Part shown: piece after piece, positions 1-17,442 of the stretch
How the letters are laid out: each line of letters opens with the position of its first letter
Numbering within the stretch: position 1 is the stretch's first letter
Sequence record: OP310984.1
Strand: one strand, 5' to 3'
Length of the DNA stretch: 64,000 nucleotides
Translations under genes and position numbers: made by a program
Notes under the pieces: generated by a model
What the model was told of the DNA's origin: nothing
What the model saw: the letters and a program-made list of their open reading frames with translations, nothing else
The model's database searches: none

Positions 1-197
1 TGTTCAAAGCTAGGCTTCACTACGAAACTGACATCATCCTTCTGATATGTCATTTGCGTTAGAATACCAAAATTAATTTTAGATGTAAATTCTTTATCGA
101 AGTTATGTTTATAAAGTAATCCTAGTAAACAATCAATTTTATTAATAGTGTGGTTTTCTAATAATAAATCAGTATTTGTAAGTTCATTAATTTTCAT
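1..197 (-). CDS. Hypothetical protein, 3'-truncated by window edge (MKINELTNTDLLLENH...)
   Basis: Read by hand: ATG at 197 with GAGAGG RBS, open to position 1; TATATTAC promoter upstream at 251-258; not in ORF track. Confidence 0.6.
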   Translation of the reverse strand, partial: MKINELTNTDLLLENHTINKIDCLLGLLYKHNFDKEFTSKINFGILTQMTYQKDDVSFVVKPSFE

Positions 198-250
198 TTT
201 AACCTCTCTAAAATTTACAATCTAGTTTTACTTATTGAATAAGCAAACAT

Positions 251-258
251 GTAATATA
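251..258 (-). promoter_or_regulatory. phiKZ-type early promoter core TATATTAC
   Basis: GTAATATA on + strand, upstream of the gene starting at 197. Confidence 0.55.
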
Positions 259-298
259 TATCTTAATTATTTTTTAGCATAGTTTTTAACAACATAAA

Positions 299-316
299 GC
301 CTCCCCGAAGGGAGGC
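299..316 (-). terminator. Intrinsic terminator with UUCG loop after the tail operon
   Basis: GCCTCCC-TTCG-GGGAGGC then TTT on the minus strand. Confidence 0.8.
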
Positions 317-324
317 GATATGCT

Positions 325-506
325 TTAGCTTTTTTGGTTAGTACCGACAGTCTGCTCATTCTTTTCAGTTTGAGCATTTCGCCGAAGTTGACTAACCAGA
401 CCATTGTCAGCCGCAACTACATCGGGAGAAAAGAATGCATTGATATCAAAGTTCTGATCTTGGTTGCGAGTCTTCCCAGGTGGGACCATCGGATATACTT
501 TTGCCA

Positions 507-507
<1 letters not shown>
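325..507 (-). CDS. Small hypothetical protein coupled to tail tube gene
   Basis: 60-aa ORF; start overlaps tube stop (TAATG); terminator follows. Confidence 0.6.
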
Positions 508-1391
<884 letters not shown>

Positions 1392-1419
1392 ACTTTTCCT
1401 CATTCTGAAAGCCACCCAC

Positions 1420-3558
<2,139 letters not shown>

Positions 3559-3635
3559 CTAACAGTCAATCATAGATATTAATCATAGTTGACCATACTA
3601 GTTATTTTTTACTATCCATTTAAGGAGTAGCGGTA

Positions 3636-8966
<5,331 letters not shown>

Positions 8967-8970
8967 ATAT

Positions 8971-9001
8971 AAAGCCCCCTAGGTGGTTCCTAGGGGGCTT
9001 T
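8971..9001 (+). terminator. Intrinsic terminator
   Basis: AAAGCCCCCTAGG-TGGTT-CCTAGGGGGCTTT perfect stem. Confidence 0.8.
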
Positions 9002-9105
9002 ATAACGTCTTTTAACACATTATCTATATGAGACTATACTTTACAATTGCCGTTCAATACGGCTTTATTATGGCACATTAAAATAAGTACCTTAAAGGGC
9101 AGTGT

Positions 9106-11259
9106 ATGGACGTTATACTTTTCAATAGCGATTGGGATAAATACTACAGCGCTAGTGTTGATCTTACTACTAAAAATAAATCTTTTATAAAGTTAGCCTT
9201 GACTTATAAAAAGATGGGTATTAAAAATTACAAATTTATACTAGCTATATTGGACCAAGGTTTAATTGGGGTGGATCCATATGACCCTAATCTTAGCGAA
9301 GAAATGAAGTTTCGTATTAACATGGAATGCAAATATAATCCTTGGTATTTTTTTAGGGAAGTGGCAAGAATCCCCCCTAACTCGGGTAATAATCCAATTC
9401 CATTCCAAGCTAACCGTGGTAATATTGCTTTATTCTGGTGTTATTTCAATCACGTAGATTTTGGTTTATTACAGCCTCGTCAGACAGGTAAGTCCGTATC
9501 AACTGACGTGCTCAATACAGGCATGATGTATATCTGGGGTGAGAACACTAAGATTAACCTTATTACTAAAGATAACAAACTACGCAATGCTAACATCGAG
9601 CGTCTAAAAGTAATGCGTGATTTGTTACCAGAGTATATCCACTATACTGATCCATTAGATGCGGATAACTCCGAATTGATGACATGTATTAGATTAGGTA
9701 ATAGGTATCTAACAGCTGTTGGTCGAAATGATGTTAACGCAGCTGATAAATTAGGTCGTGGTCTTACAGTACCAAATATGCACTTTGACGAACTTGCATA
9801 TATTAATTTAATTGGTGTTTCACTACCTGTTGCACTTGCGTCAGGTTCAGCAGCTCGTGATGAAGCTCGCCGTGAGAACCAGCCTTATGGTAACATCTAT
9901 ACAACTACAGCTGGTAACATCACTACCCGTGATGGTGAATTTGCATATCACTTCTTAACAGGTGGCTGCCCATGGTCAGAGGAATTCTTTGATCTACCAG
10001 ATCAGAAAACTCTACATCGTGTTGTAGAAAAAGGCACTACTGGAAAGAAACCTCTAGTTTATGGTGCATTTAACCACCGTCAATTAGGACGTACCGATGA
10101 GTGGTTATATAACACACTTCGTGAATCAGGTTCATTCGGTGAAATTGCCGATAGGGACTTCTTCAATATTTGGACAGTTGGTGGTGAAGGTTCACCCTTA
10201 TCATCAGATGAGAAAGATAAACTTAAAAACAATATGCGTGAGCCAAGCTGGACAGAAATCACGGATGATGGTTATACACTTCGTTGGTATATACCAAAAG
10301 ATGAAGTAGCCTCACGGATGATGAAGGGTAGGTTCGTTATGGGTACCGACCCATCTGAACTTCTTGGTGAAGATAATGACGCCACTGGCACAGTTGTAGT
10401 TGACGTAGAAACACATGAGGTTATGTGTGTTGGTAGATACAATGAATCATCAGTGCCATCAATGGGTAATTTCTTTGCAACAATGCTATTGAGATATCCT
10501 AATATTCTTTGGATACCAGAACGTAAATCAATAGGTATATCGTTAATTGACCATGTTATCTTGATTCTACATACTAAAGGAGTAGATCCATTCCGGCGTA
10601 TCTTTAACAGAATTGTCAATGAATCATCAGAAAGAGAAAATGATTTCAGAGACATTCAGACTCCGCTATCAGCAAGACAACCATCGTTCTATGATAGGTT
10701 TAAACGTTATTTTGGTTATGCAACGTCAGGTACTGGTGAGTATTCTCGTGATAATCTATTTAAGGTGGCATTACCATCAGCAATGCATTATGGGGTAAGG
10801 ACCATCTATGATAAACCACTTAGCACGGAGTTATTAGCACTTACTATCCGTAATGGTAGAATTGACCATGCTAAGGGGAACCATGACGACTTAGTGGTAT
10901 CATTATTATTAGCCCACTGGTTATTAATACAAGGTAAGAATTTATCTTATTATGGTATCAATGTTCCCATCTTAGGTAAATCAAAATTACGTGATAAAGA
11001 ACCAAGTCAACTTGAAAAATATCATGAAGAGAAAGAACAGCAAGGTCGCAAAGAATTTGAAGAGATAATTGAGCAGCTTCGCGGTGAAAAGAACCCGATG
11101 ATTGCAGCTAAATTAGAAATGCGTTTGAAACAATTGTCTAAACGTGTTAATATTGATGATAGCAGTGGTGTAGGTATTGATGCCATGTTAAATCAAGCTC
11201 GTGCAGAGCGTACACGTAGAGTGCGTATTAACAGATATTCTAGAAATAGTTGGTATTAA
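9106..11259 (+). CDS. terL: Terminase large subunit (phiKZ gp25-like)
   Basis: 717 aa; Walker A PRQTGKS, Walker B HFDE, nuclease motifs MGTDP and HDDLVVS. Confidence 0.92.
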   Translation: MDVILFNSDWDKYYSASVDLTTKNKSFIKLALTYKKMGIKNYKFILAILDQGLIGVDPYDPNLSEEMKFRINMECKYNPWYFFREVARIPPNSGNNPIPFQANRGNIALFWCYFNHVDFGLLQPRQTGKSVSTDVLNTGMMYIWGENTKINLITKDNKLRNANIERLKVMRDLLPEYIHYTDPLDADNSELMTCIRLGNRYLTAVGRNDVNAADKLGRGLTVPNMHFDELAYINLIGVSLPVALASGSAARDEARRENQPYGNIYTTTAGNITTRDGEFAYHFLTGGCPWSEEFFDLPDQKTLHRVVEKGTTGKKPLVYGAFNHRQLGRTDEWLYNTLRESGSFGEIADRDFFNIWTVGGEGSPLSSDEKDKLKNNMREPSWTEITDDGYTLRWYIPKDEVASRMMKGRFVMGTDPSELLGEDNDATGTVVVDVETHEVMCVGRYNESSVPSMGNFFATMLLRYPNILWIPERKSIGISLIDHVILILHTKGVDPFRRIFNRIVNESSERENDFRDIQTPLSARQPSFYDRFKRYFGYATSGTGEYSRDNLFKVALPSAMHYGVRTIYDKPLSTELLALTIRNGRIDHAKGNHDDLVVSLLLAHWLLIQGKNLSYYGINVPILGKSKLRDKEPSQLEKYHEEKEQQGRKEFEEIIEQLRGEKNPMIAAKLEMRLKQLSKRVNIDDSSGVGIDAMLNQARAERTRRVRINRYSRNSWY

Positions 11260-11282
11260 ACAAAAAAAAAATAATAATACGT

Positions 11283-11307
11283 TACCCTCTTCGCAATGAA
11301 GAGGGTA
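11283..11307. terminator. Bidirectional terminator at convergent genes
   Basis: TACCCTCTTC-GCAAT-GAAGAGGGTA flanked by A- and T-rich runs. Confidence 0.75.
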
Positions 11308-11314
11308 TTTGAAG

Positions 11315-11581
11315 TTAAGCAACTCTAGCGAACAAAAGATTACTGGAGTTAGAATTAATATGATAGTTAGACGATCCGTCAATCCATTTAGCATCGGAAA
11401 GCTTGTTTACAAGCTGACCATTGCCAATGTAACCAAGGAACATCTTACCATCGTATACAGCAACTTTGATTTGCTCATTTCGCCCATAGACGATCGGCTT
11501 ACCATTGAATGCTGTTACCTCTAGACCAGTCAAGTACCCGTGGTGGGGATCTGGTCTGGAACTTGTTTCAAAGACTTTCAT
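11315..11581 (-). CDS. Hypothetical protein (MKVFETSS..., 88 aa)
   Basis: Start moved from 11662 to ATG 11581, preceded by GAGGAG. Confidence 0.65.
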   Translation of the reverse strand: MKVFETSSRPDPHHGYLTGLEVTAFNGKPIVYGRNEQIKVAVYDGKMFLGYIGNGQLVNKLSDAKWIDGSSNYHINSNSSNLLFARVA

Positions 11582-11643
11582 TAGGAGTCTCCTCTGCAAG
11601 TGGGCCCATTTGGGCAAAAAGTCAAGCTTAAACTTGACGACAT
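11581..11643 (-). CDS. 20-aa leader peptide candidate MSSSLSLTFCPNGPTCRGDS
   Basis: GGAGGG RBS; stop overlaps next start as TAATG. Confidence 0.4.
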   Translation of the reverse strand: MSSSLSLTFCPNGPTCRGDS

Positions 11644-11834
11644 ATAGCCCTCCTGGTTGCACAGGAGGGCTAATCTTTTCAGAACGTACGGTGTTGTTAT
11701 AATACTGCTAGTGAAAATGCCCACGAGGGGTAAGTAGCTAATCCGCAGTTCTCTTGGACGACACCTGCTGACAGTGTAGTCGCGAATGCACTGTTTGGAA
11801 CCCCATTGGTTTAGCGGCCAATGGGGATTTCCTT

Positions 11835-12272
11835 TTATGCCGCTTCGGACTTCTGTTTAACAGGTTTCTTGTACTTCCACTTGTACAGTTGGTGCAGGAT
11901 GAAACTCGGAAGACCCAGTGCCAGTACACCAGCGACGGCTGTACCGACAATCTCTTGGAGAGTGATTGCATTGAACTCGGTGCCGAAAACAACCTGAGTA
12001 ATGATAATGATCATCAAACCGATCAGAGTGGTGATCCATAGACGTGGATGCAAGGAACGACTCAGACGAAGCCCTGGAGCAGAAACGCGTTCCATCCGAG
12101 TAGACCAGGTGTGGTTACGGTAGTACATCATGTCAGTGAAGTAATCACTGTAGATGTGCAGCAGTTCTCCACGTTGATCACCGGTACCATGAGCCAAGCC
12201 ATGGTAGTAGTAAATACCACCATCTTCTTTGTGGGTGTAAAGTTCAGCGTTGTCTTTGGTATACATCGACAT
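11835..12272 (-). CDS. Hypothetical membrane protein (two hydrophobic segments)
   Basis: 145 aa; GGAG RBS; C-terminal hydrophobic helices. Confidence 0.7.
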   Translation of the reverse strand: MSMYTKDNAELYTHKEDGGIYYYHGLAHGTGDQRGELLHIYSDYFTDMMYYRNHTWSTRMERVSAPGLRLSRSLHPRLWITTLIGLMIIIITQVVFGTEFNAITLQEIVGTAVAGVLALGLPSFILHQLYKWKYKKPVKQKSEAA

Positions 12273-12277
12273 TTTTA

Positions 12278-12544
12278 TTACTCCGGCATTCCAGTGTGCA
12301 CAAGAGAATTGAAACGAACATCGAACGTATCGTACATATCCGATGTTAGTTCCTCGAAGACTGGACTATCCATGAAGGCTTCCAGTGCGCGGCGAGCTGC
12401 AAGACGCTTATCACCTTCACCATTAGCTCCGGGATAAACCGAATTACCCTCGCCAGGCTTGGCAAAGCCGTCAAAGATATGCGACTCGCCTTCACGGTCA
12501 GTCACAGTTGCTTTAACGGAATAACCCATGTAACGGAGTCCCAT
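12278..12544 (-). CDS. Hypothetical protein
   Basis: 88-aa ORF in tightly packed operon. Confidence 0.7.
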   Translation of the reverse strand: MGLRYMGYSVKATVTDREGESHIFDGFAKPGEGNSVYPGANGEGDKRLAARRALEAFMDSPVFEELTSDMYDTFDVRFNSLVHTGMPE

Positions 12545-12786
12545 TATTCATCCCATCCTTTTACTTCGTACCAGAGACAGGCACTATTGTATTCAACAAT
12601 GTAACCGTCTTTACGGAGGATTTCCGCTTGACGATTATTCATCTTCCCTTCAACTGGCGTGTTCTCGTTGCTGTAATCGAAGTTTACCTCTGAATCACCA
12701 GCGAGCGCCCGTTGCTTAATTTTAGCATGGATTGATTCCATACCAGCTTCTTTATAAAGAAGTTCACGCAGCTCTTGTAATGTCAT
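12544..12786 (-). CDS. Hypothetical protein
   Basis: 80-aa ORF with coupled start/stop overlaps. Confidence 0.7.
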   Translation of the reverse strand: MTLQELRELLYKEAGMESIHAKIKQRALAGDSEVNFDYSNENTPVEGKMNNRQAEILRKDGYIVEYNSACLWYEVKGWDE

Positions 12787-13001
12787 GTAACTACTCCTAC
12801 AATAAAGACTCGACTGATTTCATTGAGATAAGCGAGCACTAGAAGAATACCTGTCCAGATAGCGATATTCAGTGTAGTACGCTTCTCTTCCAATCCAGGA
12901 TTAGTGGAATTAACTATTCGATGACAGAAAGCACCGAATAAACCAAGACCCATCGCCACGAAGATAATGGTAAACCATCCCAGATAGATCATTTTCTTCA
13001 C
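12783..13001 (-). CDS. Small membrane protein (2 TM)
   Basis: 72 aa, two hydrophobic stretches, AGGTG RBS. Confidence 0.7.
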   Translation of the reverse strand: MKKMIYLGWFTIIFVAMGLGLFGAFCHRIVNSTNPGLEEKRTTLNIAIWTGILLVLAYLNEISRVFIVGVVT

Positions 13002-13021
13002 CTATTTTTTATAAATAGAGT

Positions 13022-13351
13022 TTATAGTTTAGTTAGGCGGATGATTTCTTCTAAAGCTGCATCAACTTGATAATACGGCCATGAATCAACACGAGGTTCG
13101 TTATCAAAGTATGTCCAAAGTTGAATACCTTGGAGTTTATTGTAGAATACATTGATTCTGATTCCTTCATGGCCAACAAGACCTTCAATGTAAGCTGCAC
13201 CATGCACATACGTAACATGTAGTGCGTACTCGCTATCTTCACCAGCGTATTGCATAGGTCTGGAGTAGATGAAGGAATAAGGATTAAATGGATCAGCCTG
13301 AGTGATATGTTCGAAGAATTCTTTCAAACTAGATTTTTTCATATTGGACAT
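13022..13351 (-). CDS. Hypothetical protein
   Basis: 109 aa; GAGGA RBS. Confidence 0.7.
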   Translation of the reverse strand: MSNMKKSSLKEFFEHITQADPFNPYSFIYSRPMQYAGEDSEYALHVTYVHGAAYIEGLVGHEGIRINVFYNKLQGIQLWTYFDNEPRVDSWPYYQVDAALEEIIRLTKL

Positions 13352-13413
13352 TATATTTTCCTCATGATTTATTAAGTATACCTCCTAGAAGATAGACTTA
13401 ATACTATTCGATG

Positions 13414-13806
13414 TTATTTTAAGACACCTGCCTTGTAACCTTTAACAACAGTTCTAGCTTCTAATGCACTGATTTCGCCAATGTGTTTACGCAGTGCTTT
13501 AATAGCGTTGATGGTAGGTTCATTATCCGCGATATGTCGCCAGTTTCCCTTACCCTTAATGAGTTCAACATCCTGGACATATAGACCATCTTTAACTAGA
13601 TCCATTGTTTCTACCAACTTTTCGACTTCTTTAGTTAGATGCGTATGAAGACTGGCGAGGGACATGTCAGTCATTTGATGCACATTATAGAGAAAATCCC
13701 TATTATCAGAAGACGATAAAATTTCTTTGGTGAGTTTATTTACAGTGTCAATGTTTGCTGCAATTGAAACTAGCAGTGCGGCATATTTCTCTGCATTATA
13801 ATTCAT
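13414..13806 (-). CDS. Protein with a ribosomal protein bL12 C-terminal-like motif
   Basis: C-terminal TINAIKALRKHIGEISALEARTVVK resembles bL12 KIxVIKxVRxxTGLGLKEAKxLV. Confidence 0.5.
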   Translation of the reverse strand: MNYNAEKYAALLVSIAANIDTVNKLTKEILSSSDNRDFLYNVHQMTDMSLASLHTHLTKEVEKLVETMDLVKDGLYVQDVELIKGKGNWRHIADNEPTINAIKALRKHIGEISALEARTVVKGYKAGVLK

Positions 13807-13894
13807 TAATACGTATTCCTATTTAAAATTGGATTTAGTGTAATGCGGTAATACTGCGAATATCTAATTCATGTAAATCATATTTCTTTAGGAA

Positions 13895-13978
13895 CTAATT
13901 CACCGCTTGCTGAATGGTGTACCCACTCGGAGATTCCCACTGAGTACCATTAAAAGCAATAATACGATAACCTACCAT
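13895..13978 (-). CDS. Possible 27-aa peptide MVGYRIIAFNGTQWESPSGYTIQQAVN
   Basis: Strong GAGGA RBS right after a terminator; read by hand. Confidence 0.35.
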   Translation of the reverse strand: MVGYRIIAFNGTQWESPSGYTIQQAVN

Positions 13979-14000
13979 TTTTTATTCCTCTAATCACAAA

Positions 14001-14030
14001 ATAAATACCCTCCCGAAGGAGGGTATTTAT
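14001..14030 (-). terminator. UUCG-loop terminator
   Basis: ATAAATACCCTCC-cgaa-GGAGGGTATTTAT, 13-bp perfect stem. Confidence 0.8.
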
Positions 14031-14034
14031 ATCG

Positions 14035-14514
14035 TTACCAATTGATTACAGCGACAAACTCAAATACCCGACACAATTCTTTATCACGATGGGCATGATG
14101 AAAAGATTTACCTTCAATACCGCAATACGGATAAAACAATTTTCGGTGTTCCGTGTCGCCGAACCAGAAGGTGGTGTTATTGGAATCAACCACACCATGG
14201 ATAGCCACATCACGAATGTACTGAAATACATGAACTGCCTTATCAGTGATCACTCGAAGTTCTACACCGTGTTCCTTCATCATAGCCAGGATGTCTTCCT
14301 TGGTGTAATCTGCTTGTTCAGCATTGGTCATGATCTTGTGAGTCAGAGAACGCTTTTCCTTGTCACCGAAACAGATACAGACCAATTGCACCAACTGACC
14401 TTCTACCTTGAGACCACTGGTCGGTTTTAGTAGAACGAACTCATCATATTTGTAATCATTGGTGACAATCAGTGCCGACTTATTGCGAGTGACAATGCCT
14501 AGGTTATACGACAT
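14035..14514 (-). CDS. Hypothetical protein
   Basis: 159 aa; GAGGA RBS. Confidence 0.7.
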   Translation of the reverse strand: MSYNLGIVTRNKSALIVTNDYKYDEFVLLKPTSGLKVEGQLVQLVCICFGDKEKRSLTHKIMTNAEQADYTKEDILAMMKEHGVELRVITDKAVHVFQYIRDVAIHGVVDSNNTTFWFGDTEHRKLFYPYCGIEGKSFHHAHRDKELCRVFEFVAVINW

Positions 14515-14526
14515 AATTAATCTTCC

Positions 14527-15528
14527 TCATTTTAGAATATGTTGAACCTTGTGGATGTCTTCCAGGCTATGACCAAGACCAGTGGCTTTGTAAGAATGTT
14601 CCTGATCAACACGCTTGTGATATGCAAGCAGTGCATCTACTGGATGTTCAGCGAAGAAGTATTCAGTGTTGTTGCAGTCCCAAGCGAACTCCCATTCACC
14701 ATCACGAATCTCTATTTTGTTAGCACTGAGGTAAGTGATATTGATGGTATTTACAGTGGCATTACCACCAATGAGGTAGTACGATCCTTCATTGCTACGA
14801 ACATCGATCCTGCCGCCATCGATAGTATCCTGATAGTAGAAACCACGGTCGAAGAATAACTTCAGCATCGAAGTGAAGTAGCTGTTCAATACAGCTTGAG
14901 CATCTTTCTCTTCGACCACCCATTTTCCATCAACGATGTTATTCAGGTAATTACGATCATGATTGATCCCGACATTATCCACGATGTCAGCGTAGTTCTT
15001 ATGGAACTTAGCAATCTCGTACAAACGTTCCAGAGCAGCAAAACGGAAAGGGCTGGTGGGATGCAGAGCCAGAATGATCCGACCTACGCTCCACAAACCG
15101 GTCCCGTTGACCTCGTAACTTTCTTCGAGGTAACCTTTGATACCACAGTTAACTTCAAGTTCATCTGCTGGGAAACCGGTGCGGAGCCGCCTACGGATAG
15201 CCAATAGTACCGATTCGGATTCTTCCGGATCGAACAGGTCTATGCCGAAAGTAATCCAGCTACCACGTACTTTGTGCTGGTATGCCAGGCGTACAGTATC
15301 ACCGAATGGAGAAATGAACCAGCGTTCGTCTTCCGATACGACCAAATGGCAACCACATTGCCACAGGGTACTTAGAGGATCGTTAGAGGCGAGAATGCGC
15401 TTGGTGTCGTTCATATCCGACGAAGTAGCATCTGGACTGCCATGTAGGTGTGTCAGAATAAACAGAAGCGATGATTCTGTAGTTTGAGCACTCAACATTG
15501 CGCGAGTGATGGTTGCATTGATGATCAT
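14527..15528 (-). CDS. Hypothetical protein
   Basis: 333 aa; AAGGA RBS. Confidence 0.75.
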   Translation of the reverse strand: MIINATITRAMLSAQTTESSLLFILTHLHGSPDATSSDMNDTKRILASNDPLSTLWQCGCHLVVSEDERWFISPFGDTVRLAYQHKVRGSWITFGIDLFDPEESESVLLAIRRRLRTGFPADELEVNCGIKGYLEESYEVNGTGLWSVGRIILALHPTSPFRFAALERLYEIAKFHKNYADIVDNVGINHDRNYLNNIVDGKWVVEEKDAQAVLNSYFTSMLKLFFDRGFYYQDTIDGGRIDVRSNEGSYYLIGGNATVNTINITYLSANKIEIRDGEWEFAWDCNNTEYFFAEHPVDALLAYHKRVDQEHSYKATGLGHSLEDIHKVQHILK

Positions 15529-15599
15529 GAGATATCTTCCTTTTTACAGTTTATGAATATATTGCTAAATAAAAAAATATTACGATGTAGAAAATAAAA

Positions 15600-15617
15600 G
15601 GGAGTCCGAAGACTCCC
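15600..15617 (-). terminator. UUCG-loop terminator after the gp14-like gene
   Basis: GGGAGTC-TTCG-GACTCCC followed by TTTT on minus strand. Confidence 0.75.
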
Positions 15618-15632
15618 ATTATTGCGTGTAAT

Positions 15633-16745
15633 CTATTTGATGATAACCGCTTTAGAAAGAGTTTCCATACTTCCAATAACTAATTTGGATTTCTCTTCTT
15701 CAGGGTTCTCCATTGCTTCACGCAGGAGTTCACCAATAGTTTTGGGTTGAACATCATCACTGATTTCACGCGAGCATGCCGAGTCGTCGTACATATCAAA
15801 CACATTCAGATCATCATCATCCAGGGGCGTGCTGTCATTCCATGAATAGCTTGATTCATCCGAGGTATCATCAGACTCACCATACTGTTCACTGAGGTCA
15901 CGGTCCAGTTCAGCCTCATACATCTCGCTAATTGCTTTATCGTCTTCTTCTTGCGCCTTACGACGAGAAGTCTTGTAGAACGGAAGCAGGCGTTGCAGGA
16001 CTTTATGGAACTTCTTCTTGCTGATCAACCAGCTAACAGAGTAGCGAGACAGCTTTACTTCAGCTGCTTTGATAGTCGGATCGGAGTACAGCGCCATGAC
16101 TAGCTTGTCCAGTTTGTGCAGATGATCTTTAAACGAGTTTGCATAAGCAGGATGTTCCCGAAGAGTGAACATCACAAACGAACGCATGTCAGTGATATAG
16201 TACTGACTGTGATGTTTGTTGATTTCGATGTATACCGGATCTACTGCGCGGTTATAATCGAATTCCTCTGCCCAGGTAAGGCTACGTACTTTAGTAGGAC
16301 GAGGACCTTCTGCCCAACGAACAGTCGGATGTTTCTCACGGATGTTCCAACCATGATTGCGATCATACTCGGTTGACTCTTCTTTGAACCAGGTGAAATT
16401 ACCTTCACCGCGCGATACAATACCACGGCACCAACTGACGTTGATTGCCTTGTTACGGCTTTCAGTAAGATCACAGGGCATGTCCAGAATAGCGACATAA
16501 CTGTTATGACCATTGGCCACAACGCCGAGAACAGTAGCTTCGAATGTCTCGTAGCGCTGTCCAGGATACACACGTTCATTCTCATCCAGGTAACGAAGGG
16601 AGCAGGATTCGAAGATAGCACGAGTACCGGCAGGGAAATGGGCACGACCGAAAGGTTGTTCGGCCTTTCTTTCTTTACGACGGCTGATAACCCATTCCAG
16701 TTTTTCTTTGGTCAGACGGGTTACGGGTTCACGATATTGTTTCAT
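15633..16745 (-). CDS. Early protein, phiKZ014-like (reported ribosome/5S rRNA-binding factor)
   Basis: 370 aa with acidic C-terminal tail; gene count back from DHFR (gp4) places it at gp14; function from recalled literature, not from the sequence. Confidence 0.6.
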   Translation of the reverse strand: MKQYREPVTRLTKEKLEWVISRRKERKAEQPFGRAHFPAGTRAIFESCSLRYLDENERVYPGQRYETFEATVLGVVANGHNSYVAILDMPCDLTESRNKAINVSWCRGIVSRGEGNFTWFKEESTEYDRNHGWNIREKHPTVRWAEGPRPTKVRSLTWAEEFDYNRAVDPVYIEINKHHSQYYITDMRSFVMFTLREHPAYANSFKDHLHKLDKLVMALYSDPTIKAAEVKLSRYSVSWLISKKKFHKVLQRLLPFYKTSRRKAQEEDDKAISEMYEAELDRDLSEQYGESDDTSDESSYSWNDSTPLDDDDLNVFDMYDDSACSREISDDVQPKTIGELLREAMENPEEEKSKLVIGSMETLSKAVIIK

Positions 16746-16894
16746 GGTGTATTTTCCTTTTTACGATTAATTTGGATTATGTACATCCCAATGCATCCTT
16801 TCCAAGATACATTGGGATGGAGTCTCCGAAGAGTCCCATCTTTTATTCCTGGGTCAGTTCTTTGACAGTACCCTCGGGCGCTGGTTTATTCATA

Positions 16895-17302
16895 TCACAG
16901 AAGCTGAGAGAGAATTGGTAGCATGAAAGTCTTTATCTTATTGCGATACATATTTACCCATGCATTGGACTCATCCACGTGAGTGGATGTGTACTCAGCT
17001 ACCTTAATATATTCTAAAAAGCCAACAGCATCCGGGCCTTGATCAACATAGACCATCTTGTTGAAAAGACCTATACCAATGAGCGAGAGACGCTCTGCTT
17101 TTATGAAGGCGATAGTATCTTCGATGATAATCTTTACTAGGTCCCTGTACTTAACATGGTCGTTATGGATCAATGCCAACATGTCATCAACCTGTACAGT
17201 CAACAACATGTCTTCATTACGACGGTTGACCAGTTCATTGGTCTGTTCTTGGGTGAACACATGGTCCACGTTTTGGAAGACTCTCGACAGACGACTATCC
17301 AT
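16895..17302 (-). CDS. Hypothetical protein
   Basis: 135 aa; GAGGA RBS. Confidence 0.7.
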   Translation of the reverse strand: MDSRLSRVFQNVDHVFTQEQTNELVNRRNEDMLLTVQVDDMLALIHNDHVKYRDLVKIIIEDTIAFIKAERLSLIGIGLFNKMVYVDQGPDAVGFLEYIKVAEYTSTHVDESNAWVNMYRNKIKTFMLPILSQLL

Positions 17303-17442
17303 TTATTATTCCTCAGTAATAGTAAATACAAACATAGTACATTTCGGTTTAGCCGGCTGTTGACACCATTCCTTCGAAACCTTACCTTCGGGTTTGGTCA
17401 GTTCTATTAGAACTGCAAGAAAACCTACCACTATTTTGGTTT

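Noticed and set aside
14035-14514. Possible second Ntn-hydrolase (starts MS, beta-rich N-terminus)
   Set aside because: Lacks the GSG and other downstream motifs
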